Part shown: positions 1-8,472 of the stretch, one piece after another | How the letters are laid out: each line of letters starts with the position of its first letter | Numbering within the stretch: position 1 is the first letter of the stretch | Virus record (IMG/VR): IMGVR_UViG_3300036781_000517 | Span: 1 to 55,868 of that record | Direction: 5' to 3' (one strand) | DNA: 55,868 nt | Origin: a virus | Taxonomy: Duplodnaviria; Caudoviricetes | The notes under the pieces: model-generated | The model's input: the letters and a program-made list of their open reading frames with translations, nothing else | Databases searched by the model: none | What the model was told of the DNA's origin: nothing | Program-made: the position numbers and the translations under genes

Positions 1-112
1 GCGAGGGGGGGGGGGGCAGGACTGATGCCGTATTGGAAGGAGCAAATCGATGAAGACGTGCGAGATGTGCGGTTGCACGGACAACCGGGCGTGCGACGGC
101 GGGTGTTTCTGG
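1..112. repeat. Terminal overlap, copy 1 (circular assembly)
   Basis: Identical to 55758-55868 except G12 here versus G11 there. Confidence 0.97.
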
Positions 113-313
113 GTGTTCGATCGGCCGGCGCTCTGCAGCCGCTGCGTGCTCAAGGCGTACGCGGATGCCGCGGTGTCGATCGGCGCGGTGGAGGATGCGG
201 CGGCCGACTTGCTGCTAGTGGCGGGCACGCTGTCCCCCGATCTGGGCAACGACGAGTTTATTGCGGGAGACGCTCCCGAGCTCCCCAGCATCTGGCAGCC
301 GGGGCAGCCATGA
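50..313 (+). CDS. Cys-rich zinc-finger protein
   Basis: CxxCGCTDxxACxGGCxW...LCSxC; GGAG RBS upstream. Confidence 0.8.
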   Translation: MKTCEMCGCTDNRACDGGCFWVFDRPALCSRCVLKAYADAAVSIGAVEDAAADLLLVAGTLSPDLGNDEFIAGDAPELPSIWQPGQP

Positions 314-561
314 AGCGCCCGCAGAAATTCCCTGCCTTCCCCGGTGCCGTCGGAACGTGGCGAGAGGGCAAGTCCGCCGCGTCGATCGACGTGTGCGAAA
401 CCTCCCTCATCGTCCTCGGCCGCGGCCGGCGCCGCTTTTACGTCCAGATCCTCAGGGGGCCTCAATACATGCAGAGCATCCATTCGCGAAGCCGCACAGA
501 GGGCCTGGCCGTGAGCTGGCGTTTTCGCGAACGAAGACAACCCAACGCAGGAGTCGCATGA
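310..561 (+). CDS. hypothetical protein
   Basis: ATGA coupling on both sides (MKRPQKF...). Confidence 0.65.
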   Translation: MKRPQKFPAFPGAVGTWREGKSAASIDVCETSLIVLGRGRRRFYVQILRGPQYMQSIHSRSRTEGLAVSWRFRERRQPNAGVA

Positions 562-794
562 GCCGCGAATTGACAATCGTCCTGGACTACGTCGCGGGCA
601 AGCCCGAGCGGGTCGTCGTGCGCAGTGTCTGGCCCAATGGCCAGGTGCCGAAACATCTCCTGGGCGGCGAGCCCGCCGGCGTGAGTCGATGCCTCGCGCA
701 TTGCGAGCTCGCCGTCGGCGTCTCCATCCCCGCGTTTCAAATCAGAACCCGCGATGCGCGGGAGAAGGCGGCCGCCCATGCCGACGTTACCTGA
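558..794 (+). CDS. hypothetical protein
   Basis: AGGAG RBS, ATGA coupling (MSRELTIV...). Confidence 0.7.
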   Translation: MSRELTIVLDYVAGKPERVVVRSVWPNGQVPKHLLGGEPAGVSRCLAHCELAVGVSIPAFQIRTRDAREKAAAHADVT

Positions 795-1068
795 TCCGTT
801 CCTCACGCTGCCGGAGCGGTTCGCCCGTCTTTCGGAAATCGCTCACGGCTTGAGCGCCGAGGCCAAGGCCGAAGCCCGCGCCAAGCGCTACAGCTTCACG
901 CACCTGACCCGCCTCGAATGCCAGATGCTGCTGAAGATGCTCCAGAGCGTCAACGCCGGCGAAGGGGACGAGGTCCTGGTGGCGCTGACCGAGCACATGG
1001 CCAGTGCCGAGCGTCGCCGGGCCCGCGGCCGCTCGATCGCCCGCAAGCGGCGGGAAGGAGATCAGTGA
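778..1068 (+). CDS. hypothetical protein
   Basis: High-GC3 codons, short overlap with upstream gene (MPTLPDPF...). Confidence 0.7.
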   Translation: MPTLPDPFLTLPERFARLSEIAHGLSAEAKAEARAKRYSFTHLTRLECQMLLKMLQSVNAGEGDEVLVALTEHMASAERRRARGRSIARKRREGDQ

Positions 1069-1424
1069 TGCAGTGGCGTGGAATCGAACTTGTGACCAAA
1101 GAGGACTGGGCGCAGGCGTTGCGCGGCCTGCGCTCGACCGAAGAAGCCGCGGCGTTCCTGGCTCGGTATCGCGAGGAGCAACCTGAGTGGGCCGACCTGG
1201 TCGTCGCCTACCTGACCGCCGAGCTCCCGCCGGCGGCCGCGAAACATGCCCGCAAGTTGCTCAACCTTGTCCACCCGCTCAATCCGAAGGACGAGCCGCG
1301 TACGCCGGCGGAAGACTTCGCCGACGGGTTGCGTCTGTCGGCAAACCCGCCGGCCTGGCTGGCGTTCGCTGCGGCGATCCCGCGGCGGTCGTTTGGAATG
1401 TTTCACCCGCACGAGGACGCCTGA
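1068..1424 (+). CDS. hypothetical protein
   Basis: AGGAG RBS, TGATG coupling (MQWRGIEL...). Confidence 0.7.
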   Translation: MQWRGIELVTKEDWAQALRGLRSTEEAAAFLARYREEQPEWADLVVAYLTAELPPAAAKHARKLLNLVHPLNPKDEPRTPAEDFADGLRLSANPPAWLAFAAAIPRRSFGMFHPHEDA

Positions 1425-2065
1425 TGGGAATCCGAATCGAATGCCGCCCGCTGGAGCGCTGGCCCGGTGAGTTCACCAATCCGCGCCGCACCAGCCCTTT
1501 CAAGACCACCTTCGACGGGACGATCCGCAAGCTCAAGCACGAGCTGGCGGCGCTGGACGCCAAAGGGGTAATCCTCCAGGTTGCGGTGACCGAGCGGCAG
1601 ATCTCCGTCACCACCAGCATGCCCATGCCCGAGATCAGGCCTGCCCACCCGGGCGTGATACTCGCGGCCGACACCCGCCACGGCGCGCTCAAGTGGATGT
1701 GTGACGCCTGCCCTCCGTGGCGGGCCAACGTGCATGCGATCGCGTTGACCCTGGAGCGGCTTCGCTTGGCTGACTTGTACGGGGTGACCCGCAAGGGCGA
1801 GCAGTACCTGGGCTGGAAGATGCTGCCCGGCCCGATCACCGCCGGCGCCCCGACGATGAGCATGGAGGACGCGGCGCGATTCGTCGCGGGATTCGGTGAT
1901 GCGACGGCCGCACAGTTGATCAACAGGCGCCAAGCCTGGGAGCGAGCCTACCAGCAGGCGGTGAAGATCCTCCACCCCGACCGCCACAAAGGCCAGGTCA
2001 CGCCCGGATGGTCCAAGCTCCAGGAAGCGGCCACGCTCCTGAATTCTCTCCACAACCGCAAATGA
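1424..2065 (+). CDS. phage protein with C-terminal J (DnaJ) domain
   Basis: AYQQAVKILHPDRHKG: HPD motif between predicted helices; TGATG coupling. Confidence 0.85.
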   Translation: MGIRIECRPLERWPGEFTNPRRTSPFKTTFDGTIRKLKHELAALDAKGVILQVAVTERQISVTTSMPMPEIRPAHPGVILAADTRHGALKWMCDACPPWRANVHAIALTLERLRLADLYGVTRKGEQYLGWKMLPGPITAGAPTMSMEDAARFVAGFGDATAAQLINRRQAWERAYQQAVKILHPDRHKGQVTPGWSKLQEAATLLNSLHNRK

Positions 2066-2078
2066 CAGGCGTGTAGTT

Positions 2079-2387
2079 ATGCCCCCAAGTCAAACCACCT
2101 TCGTGTTGTTCGCCCTGTTTTTCGTTTTGGTCGGCCTCGCCCTGGGGATCTCGATCGGGCGGCGGCTTCTGCGCCGCCGAGCGGTGGCCGACCTCAGCGC
2201 GACGCAGACGCGCCTGCTGCGGACGATCGGCGAGATGGATCGGTGGATCAGCCGCAACCGGCGGCTCGCACAAGAGCTCGAAACTTCGCTCGCGCCGTGT
2301 CGGTGCGGGCACCAACGAACGGCCGAACCGAAGGAGCAACGTGAAGACAGCAAATCCCAAGCGGGCGGTCATCCGCCTGCAGCTTGA
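2079..2387 (+). CDS. membrane protein
   Basis: N-terminal hydrophobic helix followed by a coiled coil. Confidence 0.6.
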   Translation: MPPSQTTFVLFALFFVLVGLALGISIGRRLLRRRAVADLSATQTRLLRTIGEMDRWISRNRRLAQELETSLAPCRCGHQRTAEPKEQREDSKSQAGGHPPAA

Positions 2388-2589
2388 CGTGGCGGCGAAG
2401 GACGCGCTCGACAGTTTGTGCGAGCGACGCGGCATGACGCAGATCGCGGCGCTGAGCCGTACGGTCAAATGGCTGGTCGCCCAGGACGAAGTGATCCAGG
2501 CGACGATTCTCAACCTCCTGTCTGCGGAGAATGCCGGCGAGCTGGCCGCGATCATCCTCCAGCGGATCCAGGCGAAGGGAGCGAAGTAA
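2341..2589 (+). CDS. ribbon-helix-helix-like regulator
   Basis: RAVIRLQLD strand plus two helices; AAGGAG RBS, GTG start. Confidence 0.75.
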   Translation: MKTANPKRAVIRLQLDVAAKDALDSLCERRGMTQIAALSRTVKWLVAQDEVIQATILNLLSAENAGELAAIILQRIQAKGAK

Positions 2590-3200
2590 TGTCGCAGGAG
2601 ATCCATATTGATTTGACGGGAGCCTGGCCCGAGGACCTGTCGCTCGTACACCGATGTGACCTTGGGGTGCATCTTTCCCAGACGGCGCAGGGGCGCACGA
2701 GCGTGCTGATTTCCTTCACTGACGGGACGGGTCGGCGGGCGATAGAGGTCACCGGCCGCAACCTGATGTCCATCGCCGGCGCCGTCCGCGGGCACATGAT
2801 TCAGCGCGGCGAGATCAGCGTCGCGCTCAACCCCGGCATCGCCATGACGGCCGACGCGCTGGCCGGAACCGTGCAATTCGTCTCCGAGGCCCCGCTGAAA
2901 GAATGGGATTACACGGCGCCGCACGCCCTGGCCTGGGCGCGGATCGTCGGGATGTATGCCCGCCGGGCCCGCGGCGTCGAAGAGCTGGTGCCGTCGCTCC
3001 GCGACGTCCAGGAGATCGAGCGCGTCATCAGTGACCCGCGGGAGAATCACTTCTCGGCCTGGCTCTTCCGGCTGATCAAGAAGGCCGACTTCGAAAACCG
3101 CGAGCGGTTGCGCGACGTCTACCCGCTCCACGTCGAGGCGCTGGTGCGTTGGGAGCAATCGCCCCACCCGTCTCAGCCAGGGGAAGGAGCCCAGCCATGA
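2589..3200 (+). CDS. hypothetical protein
   Basis: TAATG coupling, typical codon usage. Confidence 0.7.
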   Translation: MSQEIHIDLTGAWPEDLSLVHRCDLGVHLSQTAQGRTSVLISFTDGTGRRAIEVTGRNLMSIAGAVRGHMIQRGEISVALNPGIAMTADALAGTVQFVSEAPLKEWDYTAPHALAWARIVGMYARRARGVEELVPSLRDVQEIERVISDPRENHFSAWLFRLIKKADFENRERLRDVYPLHVEALVRWEQSPHPSQPGEGAQP

Positions 3201-3367
3201 GGCAAGGCGGACAAAACATTCGGGGGTTCGTCCTGCTGTGGGCCGCGTTCGCGCTGCTGTGCGTCGCGATCTGGGTGCTCAACGAAGAGATCGGCCGACT
3301 GCGGGCCAAGCTGGAGCCGCCGCGGTCGTCGAGTGTCCACCGGCATGACCCCTTTTCGGATAGGTGA
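3197..3367 (+). CDS. small membrane protein
   Basis: AAGGAG RBS, one TM helix. Confidence 0.6.
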   Translation: MRQGGQNIRGFVLLWAAFALLCVAIWVLNEEIGRLRAKLEPPRSSSVHRHDPFSDR

Positions 3368-3370
3368 CGC

Positions 3371-4090
3371 ATGAATCGAATCGGAAACTGGCTCATCGAG
3401 CGAGGCCAAGCGTCGAATCACTCGCCTACCTTGTGGTGGTGCGGCGGTAATGAACGCGCGGAGAGCGACGAATCCGAAATGAGAAACTGGACGACGGAAG
3501 CTAACAAGGCGCGTAGGTTTGATACGCGGCAAGAGGCCCAGGAACTCGCTCAGCGACTCTTTGCACCCGGCCTTTATTCTGTCACCGAGCATTTGTTCAT
3601 TCCGAAGAAGGAGAGTCCGATGGATCAAACGAAAAATGAAATCCCCGGGATGCTCGCGGTGCTGCTTGATTTCCAGCAGGCCGCCGAGTCGATCGCCGAC
3701 GCGGCACGTCGATACGCCGAAGCGATCGGGTCGCACGGCCCAGTCGAGCCCGTGATCGGGAAACAGTACGCCACGTTCGACGGCAGCCTCGTGTACGTGC
3801 TGGGCGCCCACACGCCGTGCAACTGTAAGTTCTGCGCACAGCATGCCTCCGCGTGGGGATCGCACCACCTGCCCGCAAAGATCTTCGAGACGGCTGTGCT
3901 CCGCGGCGGCCACGGCTACCGCGGCTACCCCGGCGACCGGCCGGGGTCGGTCTATCCCATTGACGCCGAGGGCCGCACCTCCGTCTTCCGCACAACAGAA
4001 AGCCGGCGCATCGGCATCGTGTCGCTGGCGGACTTGTCGCTCGCGGGGCTCTGCTTGAAGTCCGGGGAAGAGGCCAGGATCACCTCGTAG
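3371..4090 (+). CDS. hypothetical protein (possible second start at 3620)
   Basis: Long ORF; internal AAGGAG-ATG at 3620. Confidence 0.65.
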   Translation: MNRIGNWLIERGQASNHSPTLWWCGGNERAESDESEMRNWTTEANKARRFDTRQEAQELAQRLFAPGLYSVTEHLFIPKKESPMDQTKNEIPGMLAVLLDFQQAAESIADAARRYAEAIGSHGPVEPVIGKQYATFDGSLVYVLGAHTPCNCKFCAQHASAWGSHHLPAKIFETAVLRGGHGYRGYPGDRPGSVYPIDAEGRTSVFRTTESRRIGIVSLADLSLAGLCLKSGEEARITS

Positions 4091-4102
4091 GGAGAAATCG
4101 AT

Positions 4103-4504
4103 ATGGAAGGCGCAGTCACCATAATCCTCGACGAAGAATTGCGGCACACGCTCAACCGAATTTCATTCCGGAACTCGGTGCTAGATCTCGGCTGGAGGTT
4201 CTGCTTCGAACCCCTGCCCGTGGCCCTTGGCCACAAGCGCTGCTGGCGCATCTGGGCCGAATTCCGTCGGCCAGATACCCATACAGGCGTGATGGGCATC
4301 GGCCGCGGGCGCGACGAGATCGTGTGGGCTGGCGCCACCGCCGACGGCGTGATCAAGACGTGCTGGCTGCTGGTGGAGCTGCTCGTGCGGCACGAATTGA
4401 TGGAAGGCTTCCGCGTCGATGGCCTGCGCGTCTTCGACCCGCATGCAACGATCGAGGACCTGCAGCTTTCGCAAACGATTGGTACCCGCAAGGGCGTTCA
4501 ATAA
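4103..4504 (+). CDS. hypothetical protein
   Basis: GGAG RBS, 133 aa ORF. Confidence 0.7.
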   Translation: MEGAVTIILDEELRHTLNRISFRNSVLDLGWRFCFEPLPVALGHKRCWRIWAEFRRPDTHTGVMGIGRGRDEIVWAGATADGVIKTCWLLVELLVRHELMEGFRVDGLRVFDPHATIEDLQLSQTIGTRKGVQ

Positions 4505-4533
4505 CGTCCGCACCAGGCCAGAAAGGAATTCCG

Positions 4534-5591
4534 ATGACACTCGCAAATGACCCAGCGGCCACTTCGACCGATCCCATGCCCCTCTGCCCCGAGTGCGGGC
4601 GGGAGGCGGAGCTTGAGCCCAACGCCTACGTGGTGTGCCTGCGCTGTGGCACATTGCTTGTGGTGCAGGCCGACGGCGTTGCTCGCCGTCTCGCTGACGG
4701 GGAGCTGCTCGACCTTCAGGCAAGGCCGGCCTTCGCGCGGCTAAGCGACACCTCGCAGCGCGTGCGGCAGATCTGGAGCGGTACGTATGACTCCGAGGGC
4801 GGCAGATCGACCGTCATGCGGCGAATCATCGAAGATATCCCCTCGGCGGTCGATCGCCTCCTGGAGGATTGCCGCCAGCGCAAGAACTTCGAAGCGCAGA
4901 TGCTCGCCGAAGCGTTCCTGGAGCGCAACGCCGGGATCGAACAAGTGCTGGAGGCAATGCAGGACTTGGTCTCGGCCGACGTCCTGGCCAACTACGCCGC
5001 ATCTGGGGCGAGCAGGCCCGCCGCGTCGAGGCATACGTCGCGGAGCTTCACGGCCGAGCCGTCCAGAGAGCGGAGGCCGCCAAAGAACGCCCGGAGGTCC
5101 TTTCGGGTTGCACGGCCGCGCAACTTTTCGTGGACGCCGCGCCCGAGCTCTTTGATCCTGCCGGCGACGGCATCCGATTTTTCGGGATCGACGGCAAAGG
5201 GGAAATCACCGCCTTCGCGTTCGCATTGGACCTTACGAAAGACCAGATCGCCCACTCGGTGCGATCGTGGGCTGCGTCCAATGACGCAATGGCGTTGGCG
5301 ATGGTGAGCGAGATATGGGTGGCCAAGATGGCCACGCCGGGGGCAAAGCAGGCGGCGGCCTTCGACCAGGTGAGCCTGAACGACGCCGCGCAGTGCAAGC
5401 GGCTGGGGATCGAGCGTGCCGAGGTTTTCGCGGTGCAGGTGGAAACGGCCGTTGGGTGCGCGGCCTGGCACTGGCCGATCATTCGGGACGGGGCGGGCAA
5501 GGGGCGACTGGGCGAAAGAACCGGTCCGCAGCTAATGGGACCGGAACGATTCACTGGGCTGCTGCCGCGCCGGCCGGAGCGAGTGAACTGA
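4534..5591 (+). pseudogene. Zn-ribbon protein split by a 1-nt frameshift near 4994
   Basis: Protein-like sequence switches from the 4534 frame (...VLANY) to the 4869..5591 frame (RRIWGEQ...). Confidence 0.65.
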
Positions 5592-5610
5592 GGCCGGGGT
5601 ATCGATCGAC

Positions 5611-6412
5611 CCTCGCCGTCCCTGGCGATAACCGCGGCCATCGTCAATTCCGGCGATGCGGTCCTCATCGCCATTCCTGACGTTAAGCGATCGCCATGGC
5701 TTACCCCGGCGGAAAGAACGGACACGGGACGTTGCAGCGCCTGCTCGGGCTGATGCCGTTGCACGTCAATTACTTCGAGCCGTTCCTCGGCGGCGGCGCG
5801 ATCGCCAAGGCCAAGACTCGCGCACCTGGTGTCACCGTCGGAAGCGACGTGGACGCCGGCGTCATCGCCATGCACGGCGGTGAGGGCCTCAAGCCTTGGG
5901 GTGAGTGCCGCCGCCATGACGCGCTTCAGCTGATCTCGTCAGAACGGGCGATGGCGGATCCCGACACGTTGGTCTATCTCGACCCGCCGTACCTGCGATC
6001 GACGCGCACGCGACTTTTCTACCGCCACGAATTCGCCACGCCGCAGCAACACAGCCGCCTCCTCTCGCGCACCGTTCGGCTGCGCTGCATGGTGATGATC
6101 AGCGGTTACGAGTCCTCGCTGTATGAGACGAGGCTCGAGCATCGTCACGGCTGGCGAGTCGTGAAATTCATCGGCACCACCCGGGGCGGCCCGCGCGTGG
6201 AATGTGTGTGGCTGAACTTCCCCGAGCCGAAGTGGTATCACGACCCGGTATTCGCGGCGGTGGGTTTCAGGGCGCGGGAGCGGGTGAAGAGACGGTCGCA
6301 GCGGTGGGCCAAACGATTCGCGGCAATGAGCCCGGACGAACGCCAGGTGGTCTGGGCCTCGCTGCTGCCGGCGATGGCGGATCCCGGTACCACCTCGTCA
6401 TGTTTGGCGAGC
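5611..6412. repeat. Seven 20-bp palindromic units, consensus CMTCGYC-N6-GRCGATG
   Basis: Units start at 5611, 5639, 5666, 5833, 5863, 6357 and 6393. Confidence 0.75.
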
Positions 6413-6448
6413 CCGGCCGAGACAAGGAGCTTGAAATGTCGGACGTGA
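5696..6448 (+). CDS. Dam-like (D12 class) DNA adenine methyltransferase
   Basis: YPGGK, YFEPFLGGGA (motif I), YLDPPY (motif IV), MISGY. Confidence 0.92.
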   Translation: MAYPGGKNGHGTLQRLLGLMPLHVNYFEPFLGGGAIAKAKTRAPGVTVGSDVDAGVIAMHGGEGLKPWGECRRHDALQLISSERAMADPDTLVYLDPPYLRSTRTRLFYRHEFATPQQHSRLLSRTVRLRCMVMISGYESSLYETRLEHRHGWRVVKFIGTTRGGPRVECVWLNFPEPKWYHDPVFAAVGFRARERVKRRSQRWAKRFAAMSPDERQVVWASLLPAMADPGTTSSCLASPAETRSLKCRT

Positions 6449-6720
6449 ATCCGTTCAAGAAAGGCGACAGGGTGAGAATCAGCCCCCAGAAGCGTCCCAC
6501 GCCCCCGCCGCGTGGGCTGCGTGCAGTTAGCAGCGGCGCAGGCACCGTCGCTCGCAATCCCAGATCGGACCTGGTGTGCGTGATGTGGGACAGGTCGAAG
6601 CCGGGGACGAAGAACCCTGACGCTTGGCACTTTAGTTACTTCGAAAAGGTCGAACAGCCTGAATCGTTCGATCCATTTGTGCCCCGATCTGACTGGCCCG
6701 AGCCGGCAAGCTCTGGCTGA
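6436..6720 (+). CDS. small SH3/KOW-like protein
   Basis: AAGGAG RBS; FKKGDRVRI...GTV...V.WD pattern. Confidence 0.6.
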   Translation: MSDVNPFKKGDRVRISPQKRPTPPPRGLRAVSSGAGTVARNPRSDLVCVMWDRSKPGTKNPDAWHFSYFEKVEQPESFDPFVPRSDWPEPASSG

Positions 6721-6772
6721 ACAGCCGCTGCATCAAGGTCTCATTTGCGCGACCAGGCCGTCGCGAGGGGTG

Positions 6773-6808
6773 AATTCCCTTGGGTGTCGTGGTCCTCTGT
6801 GGTAACTT
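6773..6808 (+). promoter_or_regulatory. Putative moron promoter, copy A
   Basis: 29/36 identical to 11491-11526; TTGGGT-17-TAACTT with extended TG. Confidence 0.65.
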
Positions 6809-6886
6809 GGCCTACGAAACGGGTCCTTAGGCATCCCGCCCGGGGTGGCGGCTGGCGAAGGGCATGTCTGGCACGGGGTAGCCAAA

Positions 6887-7705
6887 ATGATCACCGGCAA
6901 CTGTCCGAGGTGCGGGGTCCGGATGAACCTCCGCAACTCGTCCTTGGGGACGATGCGGCGGTGCCAGGCGTGTGGGTTCAAGTTTGTAGCGCAGCGTGCG
7001 CCGCTGTCGCTCGCCGGCCTGATCGTGGGCGCGGTCATGATCGGCGTATGCGTGTTGGTGTGCTCGGGCCTGGTGAGCGTTGGAAGCAAGGCCCCGACCG
7101 TCCAAACCGTTACTCCATCGCCGCCCCCAACTCCGTCATTGACGCGCGCGGCACCGCATGCGGTGCAGGTGAAGGTATTGCCACCGTCGCCGGTGCTGCT
7201 GGCCGAAGCCGACCGGAAGCTCCGCGCCGCCGAGGGCGTTGTCGCCAAGCAGGTTCAGAGGGATCCAGCCTACCTGGCCCTGGTACACGAGCGAGACCGA
7301 CTCAAGGTAGCGCTGGACTCGGCGCGGTTGGCCGGCACGGGGCAGCTCACGCTCGACGCCAGCGCAGCATGGAACACGGCTCGATTGGCGGTGGACAAAG
7401 CCTGGGCGAAGGCAGTCAACGCCGACGTCGATGTCCTGGCGGCCCGCGCGACTAAGGCAGCGCTGGCTGAGCAGGTCGCAGCAGCAGCACAGGCAGATCG
7501 GGTGGAAGCGCCCGCGATCACCGCGGCCGCCCATGTCGACGAAGGCAACGGCGCATCGGATGCGACCGGCTATTCGGGGACCTACAGCGGGTCTGGATCC
7601 AAGGACGTGCATGTGAATGGGTACACCCGCAAGGACGGAACGTACGTCCATTCTCACGAGCGCAGCTCACCCGGTTCGGGCAGCAGTCACGGTGGGCACA
7701 AATGA
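6887..7705 (+). CDS. Zn-ribbon plus TM membrane protein (moron)
   Basis: CPRC...CQAC, TM helix, C-terminal VHVNGYTRKDGTYV motif. Confidence 0.8.
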   Translation: MITGNCPRCGVRMNLRNSSLGTMRRCQACGFKFVAQRAPLSLAGLIVGAVMIGVCVLVCSGLVSVGSKAPTVQTVTPSPPPTPSLTRAAPHAVQVKVLPPSPVLLAEADRKLRAAEGVVAKQVQRDPAYLALVHERDRLKVALDSARLAGTGQLTLDASAAWNTARLAVDKAWAKAVNADVDVLAARATKAALAEQVAAAAQADRVEAPAITAAAHVDEGNGASDATGYSGTYSGSGSKDVHVNGYTRKDGTYVHSHERSSPGSGSSHGGHK

Positions 7706-7719
7706 AGAAAGGCGGAGAT

Positions 7720-8436
7720 ATGAAACGGTGGGTGAAGAGCGTGATTTTCGCGGGCCTCTGCGCCATCGCGAGCGCGAATGCGGCGGCCGCACAGGTAACG
7801 CCCGAGGAGGCAAACACCAAACTCCGGGAGAAGCAGCAGCAGCGCGCCGCGGCGGCAACTCAACCCAGCACGATTACTCAAAAGGAGGCTGACGACCTGC
7901 GCCGACTGGTAGTGCAACTGCGCGCGGAGAACGAGGCGTTGAAGCGAGAGATCGCGGCGATGAAAGCCACTGCGGCAGCTCCGGCCGCACCGCCGCCGGC
8001 AACTAAATCAGGAGTGGGGAAATACGCTGTCAGCGGGCTGAATCGAAATGGCCAAGGCATCTCGACGGTGGTAACGGCGACGAGTCGGGCCGAGGCGATC
8101 AAGCAGATGGAGGGCAAGGGATTTACCAAGGTCAGTGCTCACGAGGCAACAACCGCGGACCTTGATGCACATCCGACACTTGCAAGCGCGGGCGTGGGGT
8201 CGAAGGCGGGGATGTCCAAATACGAGGACTGGTGCGCGAATTTGGTAGGGATGACAGTGGACGACGCGTATCGGGCAGCGGGGAAGGTCGTTGCAAGGGG
8301 CGCAATCTCGCCCAGCGAGCCCACCCTCGTAGGTGCGGAAGCTGACGGAATTAAGACCTATTCGATGGCATGGGATCGCGCGAAATACATCTTCACCGTC
8401 GAAGGCGGGAAGATCATCGCATTTGAAAAGCACTGA
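7720..8436 (+). CDS. secreted coiled-coil protein (moron)
   Basis: Sec-type signal peptide, ATQP linker, coiled coil. Confidence 0.8.
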   Translation: MKRWVKSVIFAGLCAIASANAAAAQVTPEEANTKLREKQQQRAAAATQPSTITQKEADDLRRLVVQLRAENEALKREIAAMKATAAAPAAPPPATKSGVGKYAVSGLNRNGQGISTVVTATSRAEAIKQMEGKGFTKVSAHEATTADLDAHPTLASAGVGSKAGMSKYEDWCANLVGMTVDDAYRAAGKVVARGAISPSEPTLVGAEADGIKTYSMAWDRAKYIFTVEGGKIIAFEKH

Positions 8437-8472
8437 TCGACATCGCGGCAAAACGGGAAGCCGGCGTAATGG

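Noticed and set aside
5611-5685. Mini CRISPR array
   Set aside because: Units are degenerate 20-mers with 7-8 nt gaps, too short for spacers, and no cas genes are present
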